From Ruditapes philippinarum (lineage: Eukaryota), in the NCBI RefSeq assembly GCF_026571515.1, contig NW_026859211.1, positions 124,001 through 188,000 of the forward strand: 64,000 bases of DNA, written 5' to 3'. The notes under the pieces are model-generated. The model searched no databases. It was not told where the DNA came from and was given only the letters and a program-made list of their open reading frames with translations. Positions 26,433 to 39,969 of the stretch are shown one piece after another; the first letter of the stretch is position 1; the number at the start of each line of letters is the position of its first letter. The position numbers were made by a program, and so were the translations under genes.

Positions 26433-27182
26433 CGAGGGTTGTTCAAAAAGTAATAGGACTAAGAGTCTTATGTCTCCATATTCCATTAGATTTTAAATAT
26501 TTTCATATCCACGGCAATAGTTAATTGTTTTCTACAACTTCAGCATAAGTTTATTGAATTATTGCACTAAACGTGCGTTCCCTGTGATATTAAATAACCA
26601 TGGTAACACGCACCCGGCGCAGCGCATCAAAAATATTTTGACGCTTATTTGTACTTTCAGTTTATTCATAATATGTTGTCTGTTTCCCCTAATTTTTCAC
26701 CAACACATTTTATCGTATTAAAGTGTCATGTAATCCAAAATTGACGTAATTCAGACAAGAAATCGCTAAACTATAACGTTTTGAAAAGCAGTGATATTAG
26801 CCTTAAATGTAGAAAAATGACGTTCGTTGAAAAACTTAAAATGTGTACGATCATTAAATTTTGCCAACAGATAGGCCCTACTCCTTCAGCTTCGTATGAA
26901 AAGATTAAATTTTTACAGAACAATAACTAGGACACTCGTTTTCGGCTGGGGAAAGCAGTTCAAAGACGCTGAATATGAGATCACAGACACGAAAGGGCCA
27001 GGGAGAAAGCGGAAAATTGACCGACGTTAGAGACGTTAATTGCAATAGCGCTACAAAAGTATCGGCGATATACAGTCCGCGAACTGTCCGGCATGTTTGA
27101 TGTTTGCATCGGGTCTACTGTTTCAGTTCTAAGAAAATTATTGAATAGGGGAAATTTGTTTTAAACACTATTTCATTTTATT

Positions 27183-27268
<86 letters not shown>

Positions 27269-27923
27269 TATCATTGAATAAATTTGATGATACGCGGTAA
27301 TTATTGGTATCAATTTTCCTCGATTTTGTTTAATAAATGATAGCCTATGCTCAGAAGAAGAGAATATTTTCAATTAATAAGCATTTTTAATTTACTGTAC
27401 ATACTCATATTGTTTTAAGAATGTAAGATGGCATGTGTAAATAAATAATATAATTCACTTTGTCATTTACATTTTTTGTCCATGCCCGTTTAGCTTCCAG
27501 AATACTCAAAATCACGAGATAAAACCGAAAGTTGCCGGCCACCGGGCATGTTTCGAATAAAGAAATGAAAATGTGATTGCTTTTTTTCGCTACATCTCCA
27601 CAGATGAGTTCTGGTTATAGTTACATGATTCAAGCACCTAGAACATTGTGGAGAATAAATTCAGAAAGAATGACGCTGTTTACATTTTGAATTTATTTTA
27701 CGACGTCATGAACGTCATTTATTCAACTATTAGCGTGCGCCGGGTCGCGTACCCCTTGTCATTTGTAAGTTGTACAGCATTGTTGTTTTTAAACATATTG
27801 TTTTTATATTTTCACTGTATATAAAGGACAAGTTCCGATATTCGATTTTTGTAAACACGTGTACGTAGATGAAAAAATGTGAACAGTAGAGCTGCAGTCC
27901 TATTACTTTTTGAACAACCCTCG
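26433..27923 (+). mobile_element. Internally deleted Tc1/mariner transposon
   Basis: Perfect 28-bp TIRs CGAGGGTTGTTCAAAAAGTAATAGGACT with TA target duplications. Decayed N-terminal HTH from ~26817 (IIKFCQQIGPTP..VFGWGKQFKD..GPGRK..RRYTVRELS). Absent from block B. Confidence 0.9.
27185..27260. repeat. (AT)n microsatellite inside the mariner element
   Basis: About 38 perfect dinucleotide units. Confidence 0.95.
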
Positions 27924-28610
27924 TATACAATAATGCACGAAAAAATTATTTCCATTCTAACACGTCATGTAAAAATATCATAATTATTACATAGTTGGAC
28001 TTTACGTTTGGTGATTAAATTCTTTCAGAGTTTCCAATCGAAACGTTCTTTAAAGGCTATTCCAGTGGGTTGAAATCTACGTGGGAACATTTTTGGAATA
28101 ACGTATTTAAAAAAAAATTTTTTTAAAATTTGTTTTTCTTTTTTCCTTTATATTTTTCAAAGGGGGAAAAACAAAATATTATTATTATTAAAATGAAAAT
28201 TTTAATCGTTTGCCGTCATTTAAAAAAGCTTCGTTCTTGATTTTGTTGGTTTTCACGTGTGTTAAAGCCCCCAAATTTTGGCGTCCGTAACAACACTTTA
28301 CCCTCTTACAGTGTTAAACTGAATTAAAGAATTGGGTTTTGGTTATTTTTTTAGTTGACAATTTTTTTTATTTTTAATAGTTTTTTACAACAAAATCGAC
28401 AAAAAAAAATTTTTTTGTTTTTAACCAAAAAAAACGGGGCCAAAATTTTTTTTGGTTTGAAAAAACACATGAGGTTTAAGAAAAGGCGAGGGATTGTTGC
28501 GAAAAATGCCGCTTGGCCTTTTTGTTTTTAAAAGAAAAATTTTTAATTGTGTTAGAATATAAAATTGTTCCACCGCTGTCATATTGAAGATGTTTTTTTT
28601 TCAGATAAAC

Positions 28611-30305
28611 ATGGATGTATCCCGAAAAGATTATTTGCTGAATACGAACGCAGTGAGCCTGGAATGTAACTGCCTTCCATGCTGATCAAAAGATGGTTTG
28701 AAAAGTGTCGGTTTCATGGGAATATGTCGAGACTGCAAGGAACTACCTCTGCAAAACTTTGTTTTTGAAAAATCATACAGGCGCGAAGCCATGTAGTAAT
28801 CACATCGCTTGCATATAGAACCCATGCCCAGGATCAACGTAACAGACGTTAGTGCATAAATGAAAAAAGCATATGTCTGAAAACTGCGAGCCAACCATAT
28901 GGAATAAAACCACTGGGAGTTCATGTAACAGATCACTAGAAACTCAGTGGCATGCTTATGTCTGGTGTTGCACTCGAAACATAAACGAATGCAAGCAGAA
29001 TATTATTCCTGATATGCCAGTAAATGTTTCTCGTGCAGTTTAAAGATTTTGACAAAAAATGGAAGTGTTGTAAAGTTGGGGAATAAAATTATGAAGGGGT
29101 TTTGTCTAAAAAAAAAAAAAACCCAAAATACAAAAAGTTGTTTTGGGACAACGGTTTTTTTTAAGGGAAAAAAAAGCCCTTTTAGATCAGATTGTCGGTG
29201 ATATCAAAAGCAACCGTTGTAAAAAGCAAATAAAAAATTGGGATTTAGGTTGCTTGCGAAAAAATTAGCCGGAAAAGGTGAAACGTTAAGTCTTTTTTTA
29301 AACCCCTTTTTGGGGGAAAAGCAAGTTTAAGTTTTCACTGATTGAAAAATGTCGGACCCCATTTTTTGGGCACTAGAAAAAATGAAAAAATAAGATTGTC
29401 AAAAATAATATGCATTTGACCATTCATTTTGTCGGAACGGAAAGCTTTAGCAGCTGAAAAAATAGAAAAAAGCTTTGGGGAAAAAAATTTAAATAAGAAA
29501 AACCCTTCAGTACTGAAAAAATGTGTCAATATGAAATCGCTCAAAAGTGAAATTTCCTTTTGATAAACGCAAATAAATGTTGTTGGGAAAGGGAATGGTT
29601 TTTTTCCCCCCGCGAATGTCATTTCTGATTTTAATAACAACAAAAATTAAACAATAGAGTAGCCCCTGGAAGCTGGGGTCAGAAAAAACCCTGACTTTTT
29701 GCCCACTCCCTGTTAAAAAAATTCAGAAAATAAAATTTGGGGTTTCCTTTCCTGGTGAAAAAATTTTATCCAGTAAAAGTCTTATACCCCCATACGGGTT
29801 TTTCCTTTGATGTCGCATAGATGGGGAGAAAGATTTTTTTGTGTAGCTTTTGTCAGGAAAAAGTAGAAATGGGCAAAAATTTTAATCCCGGGGAAGCTGT
29901 TTTTAATTTAGAGGGGAAAAAAATACGGGTTTTTTCTCCTGGGGTTTTGGATTACCTAAAAAATGTTATCGCCAGTGATGAATTTTCTGTAGTATTATTA
30001 TTCGTAGGGAAAAAGCAAATGTGTTAAAATAGACTGGGAGGAAATTTGGCAAAATTTGAGGTCAAAGGGTGTGAAACCCCCATAGGAATCAAAGTTGGAA
30101 GTGGGACTTTGTTGTTTTTCTTATATCCCGTCGCAAAAATTTTCGATTGTCGAGCATTCAAAAAATGTAAAATCATGATTAGAGGGCATAAAATTTCCTA
30201 TCAACAAAAATTGAAAAACATGAAATAATCCACGTTATATGTTAGTTGTTCTTCTGGCACAAAAAAGTTTTTTAAAAAATACAATAAAAAGTATTCAAAA
30301 TGTGA
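28611..30305 (+). pseudogene. TRIM-like copy 3 (counterpart of copy 5). Frame destroyed in this sequence, probably by sequencing error
   Basis: Collinear with 50411-52129 from CAG|ataaacATG to aaaatgTGA, but full of small indels and inflated homopolymers. Confidence 0.75.
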
Positions 30306-31799
30306 AAAATGGATAATTGGATGTTTAAATGTGAAAAGTGCAATGTTGTAAAATTGTTATGATCAGTGGGGGGTCAATTTATCATTGGAAACATACTTAA
30401 TACAAAAATATATATCGTAATCAAAGTTGATTTATCTTGGAGATATTATAGATATCCATCCAGTTGTTAGAAAAATGTATAATAATGAAAGAAAATATCT
30501 TTTTTTTTCAAATAATTGATAAATGGTGATCGTCATTTATATATCATTTCAAAGAACAAACTTTTTAATTACGTTTTTACTTGTCCAGTAAATATTTCCT
30601 TTTCGTATTTAATTAATACTTCTGCTTCGAAGTATTTAATTGATATTTCTGCTCCGAAGAAGTGTAAAAACTTATATTTCTTGCCTTTTTTGTAAATATT
30701 GTTTTGTTTTATATTTAATTACTATAAAAATTAATTTTGCCTTTTTTGATTCGAAGGAGTAAGAATGTTTCAATACATATAATAGATTTGTAATAATTAC
30801 TTAATGATTAACGATTACTTTATTTGTGATTTTGAAAATAGTTTTTACTATTTAATGCCACATGGTTTTGATATCAGTGTATATTAAAGCTTTTTTGACC
30901 TTCGATATTTTTATTTTAGAATCTTCACATTCTTAATGCTACTTTCATATTGAAAAAAAAACTTTTTTAACAATAGGGGTATTTTAGTAAAATGGCATGC
31001 TATTTAGTGTGTTTTTGCCAAAAATTACAGGATATAAAATCTGTTTGTTGATTACTGAGATGAATAAAATTTTTTTGATTTTATAAAAATTTAGTGAAAA
31101 ATTTCTTAACATCCCGGTTAAAAAACGTTTTTTCAATTCAGTTGAATTTACAAATTAAACTAAAAAAACGTAAAAAAAAATGTGAAAAAATAAAAAAAAA
31201 GTAAATTAGGGGGTTTCCAAAAGATTAAAAATTTAAATTGGGGAAATTTAGATTTTATTAAGGTTCATACACAATTAATTTTGCGCCTAATTCTTGTAAT
31301 AGCTAAAAAAATTTCATAAGTTTGGTTGGTCGCCAATTAAAACTGCTACAGGTTTTTACAAAATTTTAAAATGTGAAAACTTTATTAGTAAAATTTTAAA
31401 TAAACAAAAAATCCCTTTTTTTTTTTAAAAAAAGCCTTTGCCACTAAAAAAAATGTAAAAAAAAAAGTTACCCTTTTTTTGTATAAAAATTTGAATTTTC
31501 CCCAATAAGAGGATCTAGGAATTTTGGGGTTTCAATTCTGTTGGGGCATTTCAAAAGAAAGCATGTGCAGTGTGTCTCTTTATATAAAGGCCATGGTTTA
31601 ATTTATTCAAATAAATAGGAATTTTTTTTACAGTATTTTTAGCTGTATTAAACTTTGAAAAAAGCAGTTGCAGTAAATTTCTTAATACTTCTTTTTCCAT
31701 TAATCTTTCCTATTTCTGGAAACTTAAAAAAAACATTATAATTTAAAAAAAAAATCATTACAAAAATGTTGTAAATAAAAATTCCTTTTTTTGCGAAAA

Positions 31800-32360
31800 T
31801 CTATTTTTTTGTATTTACACAGAAAATTATACGGGGTTTATTCTGGCCCGTTTTTATTCCCCTTGCAAAATTTTTATACATTTATTTTAAAAATTATGGA
31901 TTTCTGATTACTTCTTTAAGCAAATTTATGAAGCTGGGGGCTGCAAAATTAATGAGTAAAAATTAAAGAAGATCCGGATATTTGTTGTTTGTTGGGTTTA
32001 CGTCCAAAACCCACAGGTATAGGCCATTTTGGGGACTTCCCGCTTACTGGTCGAGGAAACCTCAGGTGCACTTCTGATAAGGCACGAAAAAAGGGGGAAA
32101 CCCTTTAAAAACCACCGACGTTCGTAAGCTGTGGATAGCTTCATAATTGGGAAAAAAATCCAAATCCCTGCGGGATTCAAACCCCCGCAGCGGGGGGCAG
32201 GGGTTTAAGTCAAAGACCTTAAAACCCCTCGGCCCCCGGACGCCCCCCCTCCAGGTATGAAAACCAAAAGGAAACAAGAGGGGAAGATGGTTAAAGTTTT
32301 TGTTTACAGAGACATAGCAATTTATAAGATTGTCCGGCCAGCTTTAAAAAAATTATGAGA
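31800..32360 (+). pseudogene. 3' remnant of TRIM pseudogene with its SINE (31981-32250), counterpart of 55290-55880
   Basis: gaagatccggatat-SINE-ccaggtatgaaaacc matches block B. About 1.6 kb upstream is missing. Confidence 0.7.
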
Positions 32361-34319
32361 ATTTTATTTTTAATATACAAACAAGACTAGGTACAAACAA
32401 AAAAATTGAACCCAAATTTGAATTTTATGGTCAATCAGGTAAAATTCATAAAATTTTTATGTTTCAATTTTCTGGATCTTGCTTAGCACGGTCTTACTAT
32501 AAATTGACTTTATATCGCTTTTTTTTAATTTGACAAATGAAACCCCTTTTTTTTGTCCCTTTTGTACAGTTGAAATTTGGGAAAATTTTTTTAATATTTA
32601 AAAATTTTATATTTGTTTTAATGTTTTTTTGAACTTTTAAACTCTGACCTAGATAAAATTGATATAGTTTTACCCCCTTTTTTTTCCCTTTTGCAAAAAA
32701 ATTGGGCTATGTGGGCCAGTTTTTAATGCAAAACAAAAATTTAGATTATGGAAAAAATTCATACGTTTAACAAAACGGGGTGACTCCTATCTAATGAAAT
32801 GAAAAAAAAGGGAAAAAAATAAATTTAATTAATTTTTTAAAGATTTTTTTTAAATTTTATTTTTTAACTTTGGCCAAGGAAAAAAAGTAAAACCTTTTAA
32901 AAACGTAAAAATGCGAGCGATTTTTCCCCCCTTTGGGCGGAGCTCTTTTTAGTTTTCCCAGCTTTTTAAAAAAAAGTAAAGGGGTATTGGGAGATTTTTT
33001 AAATTTTTTAAATTTGGGGTTTTGTTGAAAACTTTTGTTTTAAAAAAAAAAACAAAAAATAAAAAAAAAAGGGCCCTTTTTCTTTGGAAATTTCTAAAAA
33101 TGACTGTTTTTTGAAAAAAATTTTAGTTAAAAAAATTTAAATTTATTTTTTTACGCCTTAATGGGTTTTTTCTTTCCTTTTGGGCATGACAAAAACGGGT
33201 TCCTCGAAGGAAAAATTAACCATGTTTAAACCCCCAAAAGGGGAAGTGGGGGTTTTTTTGGGGGATGGATAAAAAGCTTAACAAGGGGGCCCGCAACCAC
33301 AAAAGGGGTTTAAGCCAATTCAGCCATAGGGGAAATGCCAGGTGGTGCATCTCTTACCATCAGTGGAGGCCGTTTAATCCTGGCAAATGGGGAAAGTGCC
33401 CCGCTGACAACTGATCCAACCAGTATGTTTGTGACTTGAAATGTTTTATTATGTCCCCCTTCGTAAAAGAAGCGGTTTTTAGTTTTGTTTGTCTGTTCGT
33501 CCGTAGACCACATGGCTTTGCACTTGTTATCTTTAAAATTATTTATCACAACAAACTCTTTATATTTCACATACTGGTAGGTCATAACTACTATTGATTT
33601 TGGGGTCACTAGGTAAAAATTGAAGGTGACAGGGGCATTAAATGTCAGAATGGTTTCCGCTCTTTACACTTATGATAGCTTCCATTCAGTTTCAGGTCAT
33701 ACATTGGTCATTATTTTTTTTTCATAACTAAACATTCCATGTACCCATTTATGGCATGTTTCTATAACAAAATTACCTATAGTATGTGTTAAGGGCTAGA
33801 AAGGAGGTCAAATGTGCCGTGTCTTGTTTCTCTTTGTGATCACCTGTTGTCTTGTCCAACTTATAACCTGCCTTGAGCTGTCTGTAATTATCCAGAATTT
33901 CTCTTAGCATCATTATATCTTTAACCTCATAGTGCAATTTGACAAAATTCTAAAGAAATGATTTTAGGTGAGGTGTCTGGAGCTTAAAATAAAATTTTAA
34001 AATGAAATCTTTAAAAATCCTCTAAGAATATAATGCACAGATCTAAAGATAATGACTATAGCATATCATTATAACCTTTTGGTCCTCTACAAAAGTTATA
34101 TATAATGAGTAATGCTCTTTGGATCAAGTCTGTCTGTTCGTTAAGGGTCACTTAGTATGGAAAAAGCCTTGTATATAAAAACAGATTTACATCATCATCT
34201 CCGAAACTACATATCCTTATGCTTAGGTGTTAGGTGTGAAGCTTTGCCAAATGAACTCTACAGAATTATATGTATCAAGCCGGTTGAATAAAAAATGTTC
34301 TGAATAATGGGACCATTTT

Positions 34320-34606
34320 GTTTAGCTCCACTATTCAACGAGGGGAGAGCTAATGTATCCATCCCAGCATCTGCGTCACACTTTCTTTGTGTTTTCATCT
34401 CCAAAGCTACTGAAGGGAGTGGGTTGAAAGTTCACACACTTACTTTATAGTATAACTGGAAATCATTGCATAAGGCACATTACATTGACAGAAATATGGC
34501 CCTATTTGAACTTCTAAAAATTCTACATTATCCAAGCTCGTGGGTTACTTTCAAGCACTGAGAATAGTCAAGTTTGCTGTCCTACTCAGAACTGACAGCT
34601 CTTGTT
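34320..34606 (+). mobile_element. Short HINE-type element (also 57755-58041)
   Basis: TTTAGCTCcactattc start, gaatagtcaag subterminal inverted repeat, gacagctCTTGTT end. Confidence 0.55.
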
Positions 34607-34728
34607 TCATACTGAGATTAGGAAATGATAAATATTTTATGATTTTCTGCCGATATCAATGCAACAGTTACTGTGATGAACTTAAGGGATATTTTGGATT
34701 ATATTTATTTTGGACGCATTCTATGCAA

Positions 34729-35660
34729 TTTATTGTCCCCGCCTTTTCGAAGAAAAAATGGGGGATATAGAAATAGGCTCCGTCGCATCTGTCCGACCGT
34801 CCGTCACACTTTCGTGTCCGGTCCATAACTTTGTCATTTATCAAAGGAATTTGAAATAACTTGCACAAAAGTTTGTTATAATAAGACAATGTGTCATACG
34901 CAACAACCAGACCCCTACCTTCAGGGTCAAGGTAGCTTTTTGTTCATTCAAGGTCAACATTTGTCTATTTGAGGGTATATGTCGTGTCTGTTCCATAACT
35001 TTCTTATCTTTGTAGGGATTTTGTAAATATTTGCCAGAATTGTTCACAATTATAAATGAAATGATATGTCATGCGCAACAACCGGTTACCTACCTCCAAG
35101 GTCAAGGTCACACTAAGAGGTCAAAGATTTACATAGTCTGTTATAGGGTATATTTGCGTCCAGTCCATAACTTTTTCATACATCAATGGATTTTTAAATA
35201 CTTTGCACAAATAATCACAATAATAAGACGATATGTCAGGCGCAAAACATTGGTCCCCTACCTCCAAGGTCACACTTAGAGGTCAAAGATTAACATAATC
35301 ATCGTTATAGGGTATATTTTGTGTCTGGATCTATAACTTCTTCATAGTTCAAGGGATTTTGAAAAAACTTGACACAAACAATTATAAGACGATATGTCAT
35401 GCACAACACCAGCACCACAATCTCCAAGGTCAAGGGCACACTTAGAGGTCAAAGCTTAACATTATAGATTTTTAAATTCTGTGTTTCATTTTATTTCTTT
35501 AATAAATTTATTGATGCATTTGCAGATCTAGCATTGATCATAATATTGAACTGAAAGTCCTGAGATCCATACATCAATCTTTTGAAATAGTACAACTTTA
35601 TGCTTCATATAAAACTTCCCTGAGACGGGGAACGTTGGTTACTCTGTTACAAATTCTTGT
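34729..35660 (+). mobile_element. HINE-type element with internal tandem repeats
   Basis: TTTATTGTCCCC start with hairpin, cgtc microsatellite, repeats containing aaggtcaaggtcacac and gtccataact, end TTCTTGT. Confidence 0.7.
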
Positions 35661-35679
35661 GTAAATTGTAAGTGTTTGT

Positions 35680-35868
35680 GAGTGGTTTAGGTCGTTGACT
35701 TTAAACCACTTGCCCCTTACCGCTGTGGATTCAAATCTTGACAGGGACTTGAGATTCTTTCATGCAAGGAAGCTATCTAGCTAGCTTATGGAATGTTAGT
35801 GGTTCTGCTCAGATGCCCGTGTGTGCCTGAAATAATGCGTGGAAGCGTTCCTGAGGTCTTCCTCCACC
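35680..35868 (+). mobile_element. tRNA-derived SINE, truncated
   Basis: gagtggtttaggtcgttgactttaaaccacttgcccc...gaggtcttcctccacc matches the family. Confidence 0.8.
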
Positions 35869-38243
35869 CGTCACCCCCAAAAAGTAAATTTTAAGGACAT
35901 AATGCTTAGCTAGCTTAGATTATCTATCTATAATCAATTGATATTTCAAAAGCATCTGCCCAAGCAGCCTTAGATTATATTTATATCATAATGTATAACT
36001 TCAAAATAATTGTCAAATTGTCAAATTGCATTTCTTATTTCAGCTGGAATGATGTCAATACCTGTCTCAATATATCAAAGTCTTATGGCATCCCAGCAAC
36101 AGGGAACACTGGATCTGGGGTCAACTGGTCAGGTGGTGTTCACACAGGCAACTACAAACCAGCAAGTCCAACAGCCTCAGATTATCACACAGCAGCAACT
36201 GGAGCAGCTGCAGCAGCTGCAGCAGCAACAAAGCCTCCAACAGCATTTAGAGGCTCACCAGGAGATTGTACATGTAGGGGAACCTCTAGGTGTACAGTTA
36301 AATCAACAACATATACAAGGTGCCAGTGGGGATGGATCAGATAGCTTGATAGCTACAGGAACTGTTGCATGTAAAACTGAGACTTCATAGTTAACAAACT
36401 GTTTGGATATTTTAATATGTATTCTTTATATTTGTATATAAGAGCCAATGTGTTCAAATTATGAAAATGTGACAGAAGGGGAAAATAACACCCCCAACTT
36501 TGTAATGTTCTGCCATATATCTATTAAATGAAATAAGTCTCTGAGGTGTTGAGTAAGGGGATATTGATCTTTACTTTACTAAATATCTTAAATAGAATTG
36601 TTCATCTTTCAGTGTGGACTAGGTAGCACTGTATGCTGTATGCACAGGTAAGCATTATATATGCTGAATTTCTGAATGTACAAAGGTTGCAAGAACGACA
36701 TACACTGACGGAGTTTGAAAATGCATCCATTGTTTTTTTCTCTTTTTTATAAGGAAAGGCATATTCGATTTTTAACTTTTTTTGCAAACTGAAGGACACG
36801 TGTCTATAATGCTCATTTAAAATTGTTACTGTCACAGCCTCTGTTGAGTTTAAGTTGAAAACGCATGGTAACCTGCATTCACAAAAATCACAACCGACCT
36901 GTTTTATGAGCATAGTCCCAATCTCAGTCATGATCTCACTGGGATTGTTTAAGATTATGTCCCTCCTCCCGACGAGGACGTGAGGACGTGTGGGTTTTTT
37001 TAAAAAAACATTTTATATATTATTTTAGCTAAGCTTATAAATGAGGCGTTCAGTATCTCGTGTATGACCCATTAGCCTGAATGCTAGCAAGACACCTTTG
37101 TCTCATTGACAGAATCTTTGCAGCAATTGGATTATTATTCCATTCTTGCACTAAAATTTGTTGAAGCTACATTTCGTGGAGGTGGTATACGTGCATTAAT
37201 TCTACGGCATAAATCGCCCCATACATGCTCTATTCGTGAGTCTAGCACATTAATTTGATTATATATTTTCATTATCAACTGACCAATTTAAAGCTTTAGT
37301 CATCAGCTAATGTTGGTATTTGTCTTTATTTACAATTCCTTTTAACAGCTTCAAACCAATGGGTACATTTTTTTGAAAACATAGTGGTCCTTTACACAAG
37401 TCATATAAATTATCATTGAATTCTGTATATGTAGGTTACTTGAACTTGAAATCTTGGAGAAACTCTTTGTCAGTATGTAGAAAGAAGCCAGACCTTTGAT
37501 ATATGGTAAATAACATGGCTTAGTGAGTCATTCATAAATGCCCTTAGAATAAAATTTACCCGCACTTTGATACTTTACTTAGTCTTACATAATATAACAA
37601 CTTGTAATCTTCTTGCCTTTGTATATAAATGTCCCTGGATTCAGATGTTATCCCATTTTGTGGTTCTGTTTCAATTTATAGAGAAAAACGATTGAAACTT
37701 AAAACCAAAGAGATTGTCTATAATATGTTACATAACTTTTCCTTTTATAATATGTTACATAACTTTGCCAAGAGTTAGTCTTATGCATGTCATTTTTAGT
37801 TAATTGTTTTCAAAATAATCAGAATCAAGCTCTATTGACTTTAATACACTTATATTATGTGAAATATTTATTTGCCCATTATGTTGATTTATATGTCATG
37901 AATGTGACTCATTAATTGGAAATAAACTATTCGATTCTATTCTTCAAATCGTGGATCTTGCATAAAAAAGTCCATTTAGCTTCTTTGATTTAGTAATAGA
38001 TTATTTATAGAGTTTAAGCATGCATGAATATTGAATACCCATAACAGGGTACATAGTATATGTTTGTCAAAATTCTTAAATGTATCGGAGATGTAGATAT
38101 GTTATCTATGTATCTGAATGTGTAAATAAACTTTTGATTTATTTATTTCTTTTATTTATATTTCATTGCATACGATTAAATTGTATGTCAAAGTTTCAAT
38201 GACAGGCATGTATAGTATGTACATATTAATTAATGTTCCTTAA

Positions 38244-38610
38244 AGATCCTGTATGTTTTGTGATTGATATTGTTACTGTATGTATCATACACTTGCAAAA
38301 TGTTATATATGTATATAATTATGCAAATAAAACAATTTTCAAACATCCAAGAATATGTAAAATGTGTACTGCAAATATTTGTGCACATTATATTTAATCA
38401 ATAAGTTACCTGCATTCATTTCTTATTGGAAAATTTGACTTGGAATTTATAGAAAATAAATTTCTAATTACCTCCCTTTATTTACGCAAAATGTTAAATT
38501 GGGTAATATCTTTATAGATAATGCTTATTTGAACTTACAAGATTGACAAATCTTAATTTGAGCGTCATATTTATGAAATAAAACCATGAAAAAAATGTGT
38601 TACAGGATCT
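38244..38610. mobile_element. MITE with TTAA target duplication (Kolobok-like)
   Basis: TTAA-AGATCCTGTA...TACAGGATCT-TTAA. Empty site ccTTAAcc at 61743 in block B. Confidence 0.85.
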
Positions 38611-39296
38611 TTAACCAATTACTTCATGAGCATTTTGTGAAAAATGACTGTTTTCATTGAAAAGCCCTGTTATAAGTTCAAATTGCTATGAAACTATAAA
38701 AAAGACTTCAAAACTGTTCAAACTTGGCACAAATGTTGACTGGACCATAGCCTTTGTAACGGCATACTCAATCTTATGTCCTGTTACCATGGCAACGAGG
38801 GGAAGTTTCAAAATTACCAAAAATCACTATTTTGTCAAAATGCTGCAATTTCTCAATGGATTGAGATAGAGCCAAAAGCTTTCAGCGTTGCTTACACGTT
38901 ACCTTAAGGTCAACCTGAGGCTATTTAAGCTTCTCACTAGTCCAAAATTTTCGTGGAGATGAGGGGGTCAGAAGAGTCCCCCCAAGCAGAAGCTCTTGCA
39001 CCCCTTTTTTATCTATTTGATAGGGGATGGCGCCGAAAAACTGATCACTTTTTTTTTACAAGTGTTTGAGGTCTAAATAGGTACATGTGTATTTTTCCCC
39101 ACTATTTGAGGCCTCAAAGGGGTGGTGAAAAGACGTCTATATGAAGTAATTGGTTATTATTTATAATTTAAATGATGACACACTTTGTTTTAATTAATCT
39201 TTTTGTAAACATTACAAAACATGTTTATTTTTAACATGAACAGCAGTCTTTTATAAAAGGATATATTATCTAAATTTGCTTTCAAGGGAGATAATG

Positions 39297-39394
39297 TCAC
39301 TGTGTCATATCTGAAAGACAAACATTACGCCCCCTGCGAACTAGAATTTAAACTTCCGCGTTCCAAGGTTCGGGTTGAAACGGACTTAAAAAAG
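39297..39394 (+). other. Putative leader exon of copy 4
   Basis: Homologous to 302-399. Donor AAAG|GTGAGG (GT at 39395); acceptor at 39966. Confidence 0.55.
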
Positions 39395-39969
39395 GTGAGG
39401 ATTTTCTACAGCTTTTCAGTATAATATTGCAAAATATATATTATGTTTAAGCACGATGAGTTTACTAGATAAAGTGAGGATAAATAGTTATACGAGCATA
39501 TTTTAATTTTAAGATAAGTTAAATATGAGATAAAATGAAACAACTGAATAATATTAATCGGATCACGTGACTTCTCTTTGTTTTCGTAAAACACAAAATA
39601 AAACCGCTTAACCTTACTTAAAATGGTTTATTTAATTAATACTAAATAAACGTTTACAATAAAAGTTCAATGAAATATCCAAGATGAAAAGCTATTATGT
39701 TAAACTTGATAATGAATTGTACACTAGTTGATAAATACAATGTATGTGACATGTTTAGGCTTGCAAGATCGCATTGAGAAATGCAGATATTTGATTACGC
39801 AGGAACAAACAGTAGATACGGTGTATTTAATGTTAGTCATAAAGGTTTAAACATATTTATTTCCCATGAATATATATAATAATATATATTAATCTTTATT
39901 TCATATTGTTCAGAAGTTTGATATGTCGTCGGCGGAAAATTGATTAGTTATTTATTTTCATTTAAGAAA

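Larger units (their letters stand above)
33200..36390 (+). pseudogene. NRF1: Orphan last two coding exons (~33200-33422, 36044-36390) of an NRF1/erect-wing/P3A2-type transcription factor, copy A
   Basis: Spliced peptide GGRLILANGESAPLTTDPTTGMMSIPVSIYQSLMAS resembles the NRF1 C-terminus GGGQIVLSGET..GLVQIPVSMYQTVVTS. Phase-1 junction is compatible, a Q-rich tail follows, and no DNA-binding exons are present. Confidence 0.75.

Noticed and set aside
27173-27373. ORF with YI repeats
   Set aside because: Translation of an (AT)n microsatellite.
28611-30305. Targeted hypermutation or editing of copy 3
   Set aside because: Changes are homopolymer indels extending equally into non-coding DNA, typical of read error.
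35991-36344. Alternative-frame Ala/Thr-rich ORF (also 59411-59755)
   Set aside because: Off-frame reading of the CAG-rich NRF1-like exon; splice phase supports the Q-rich frame.
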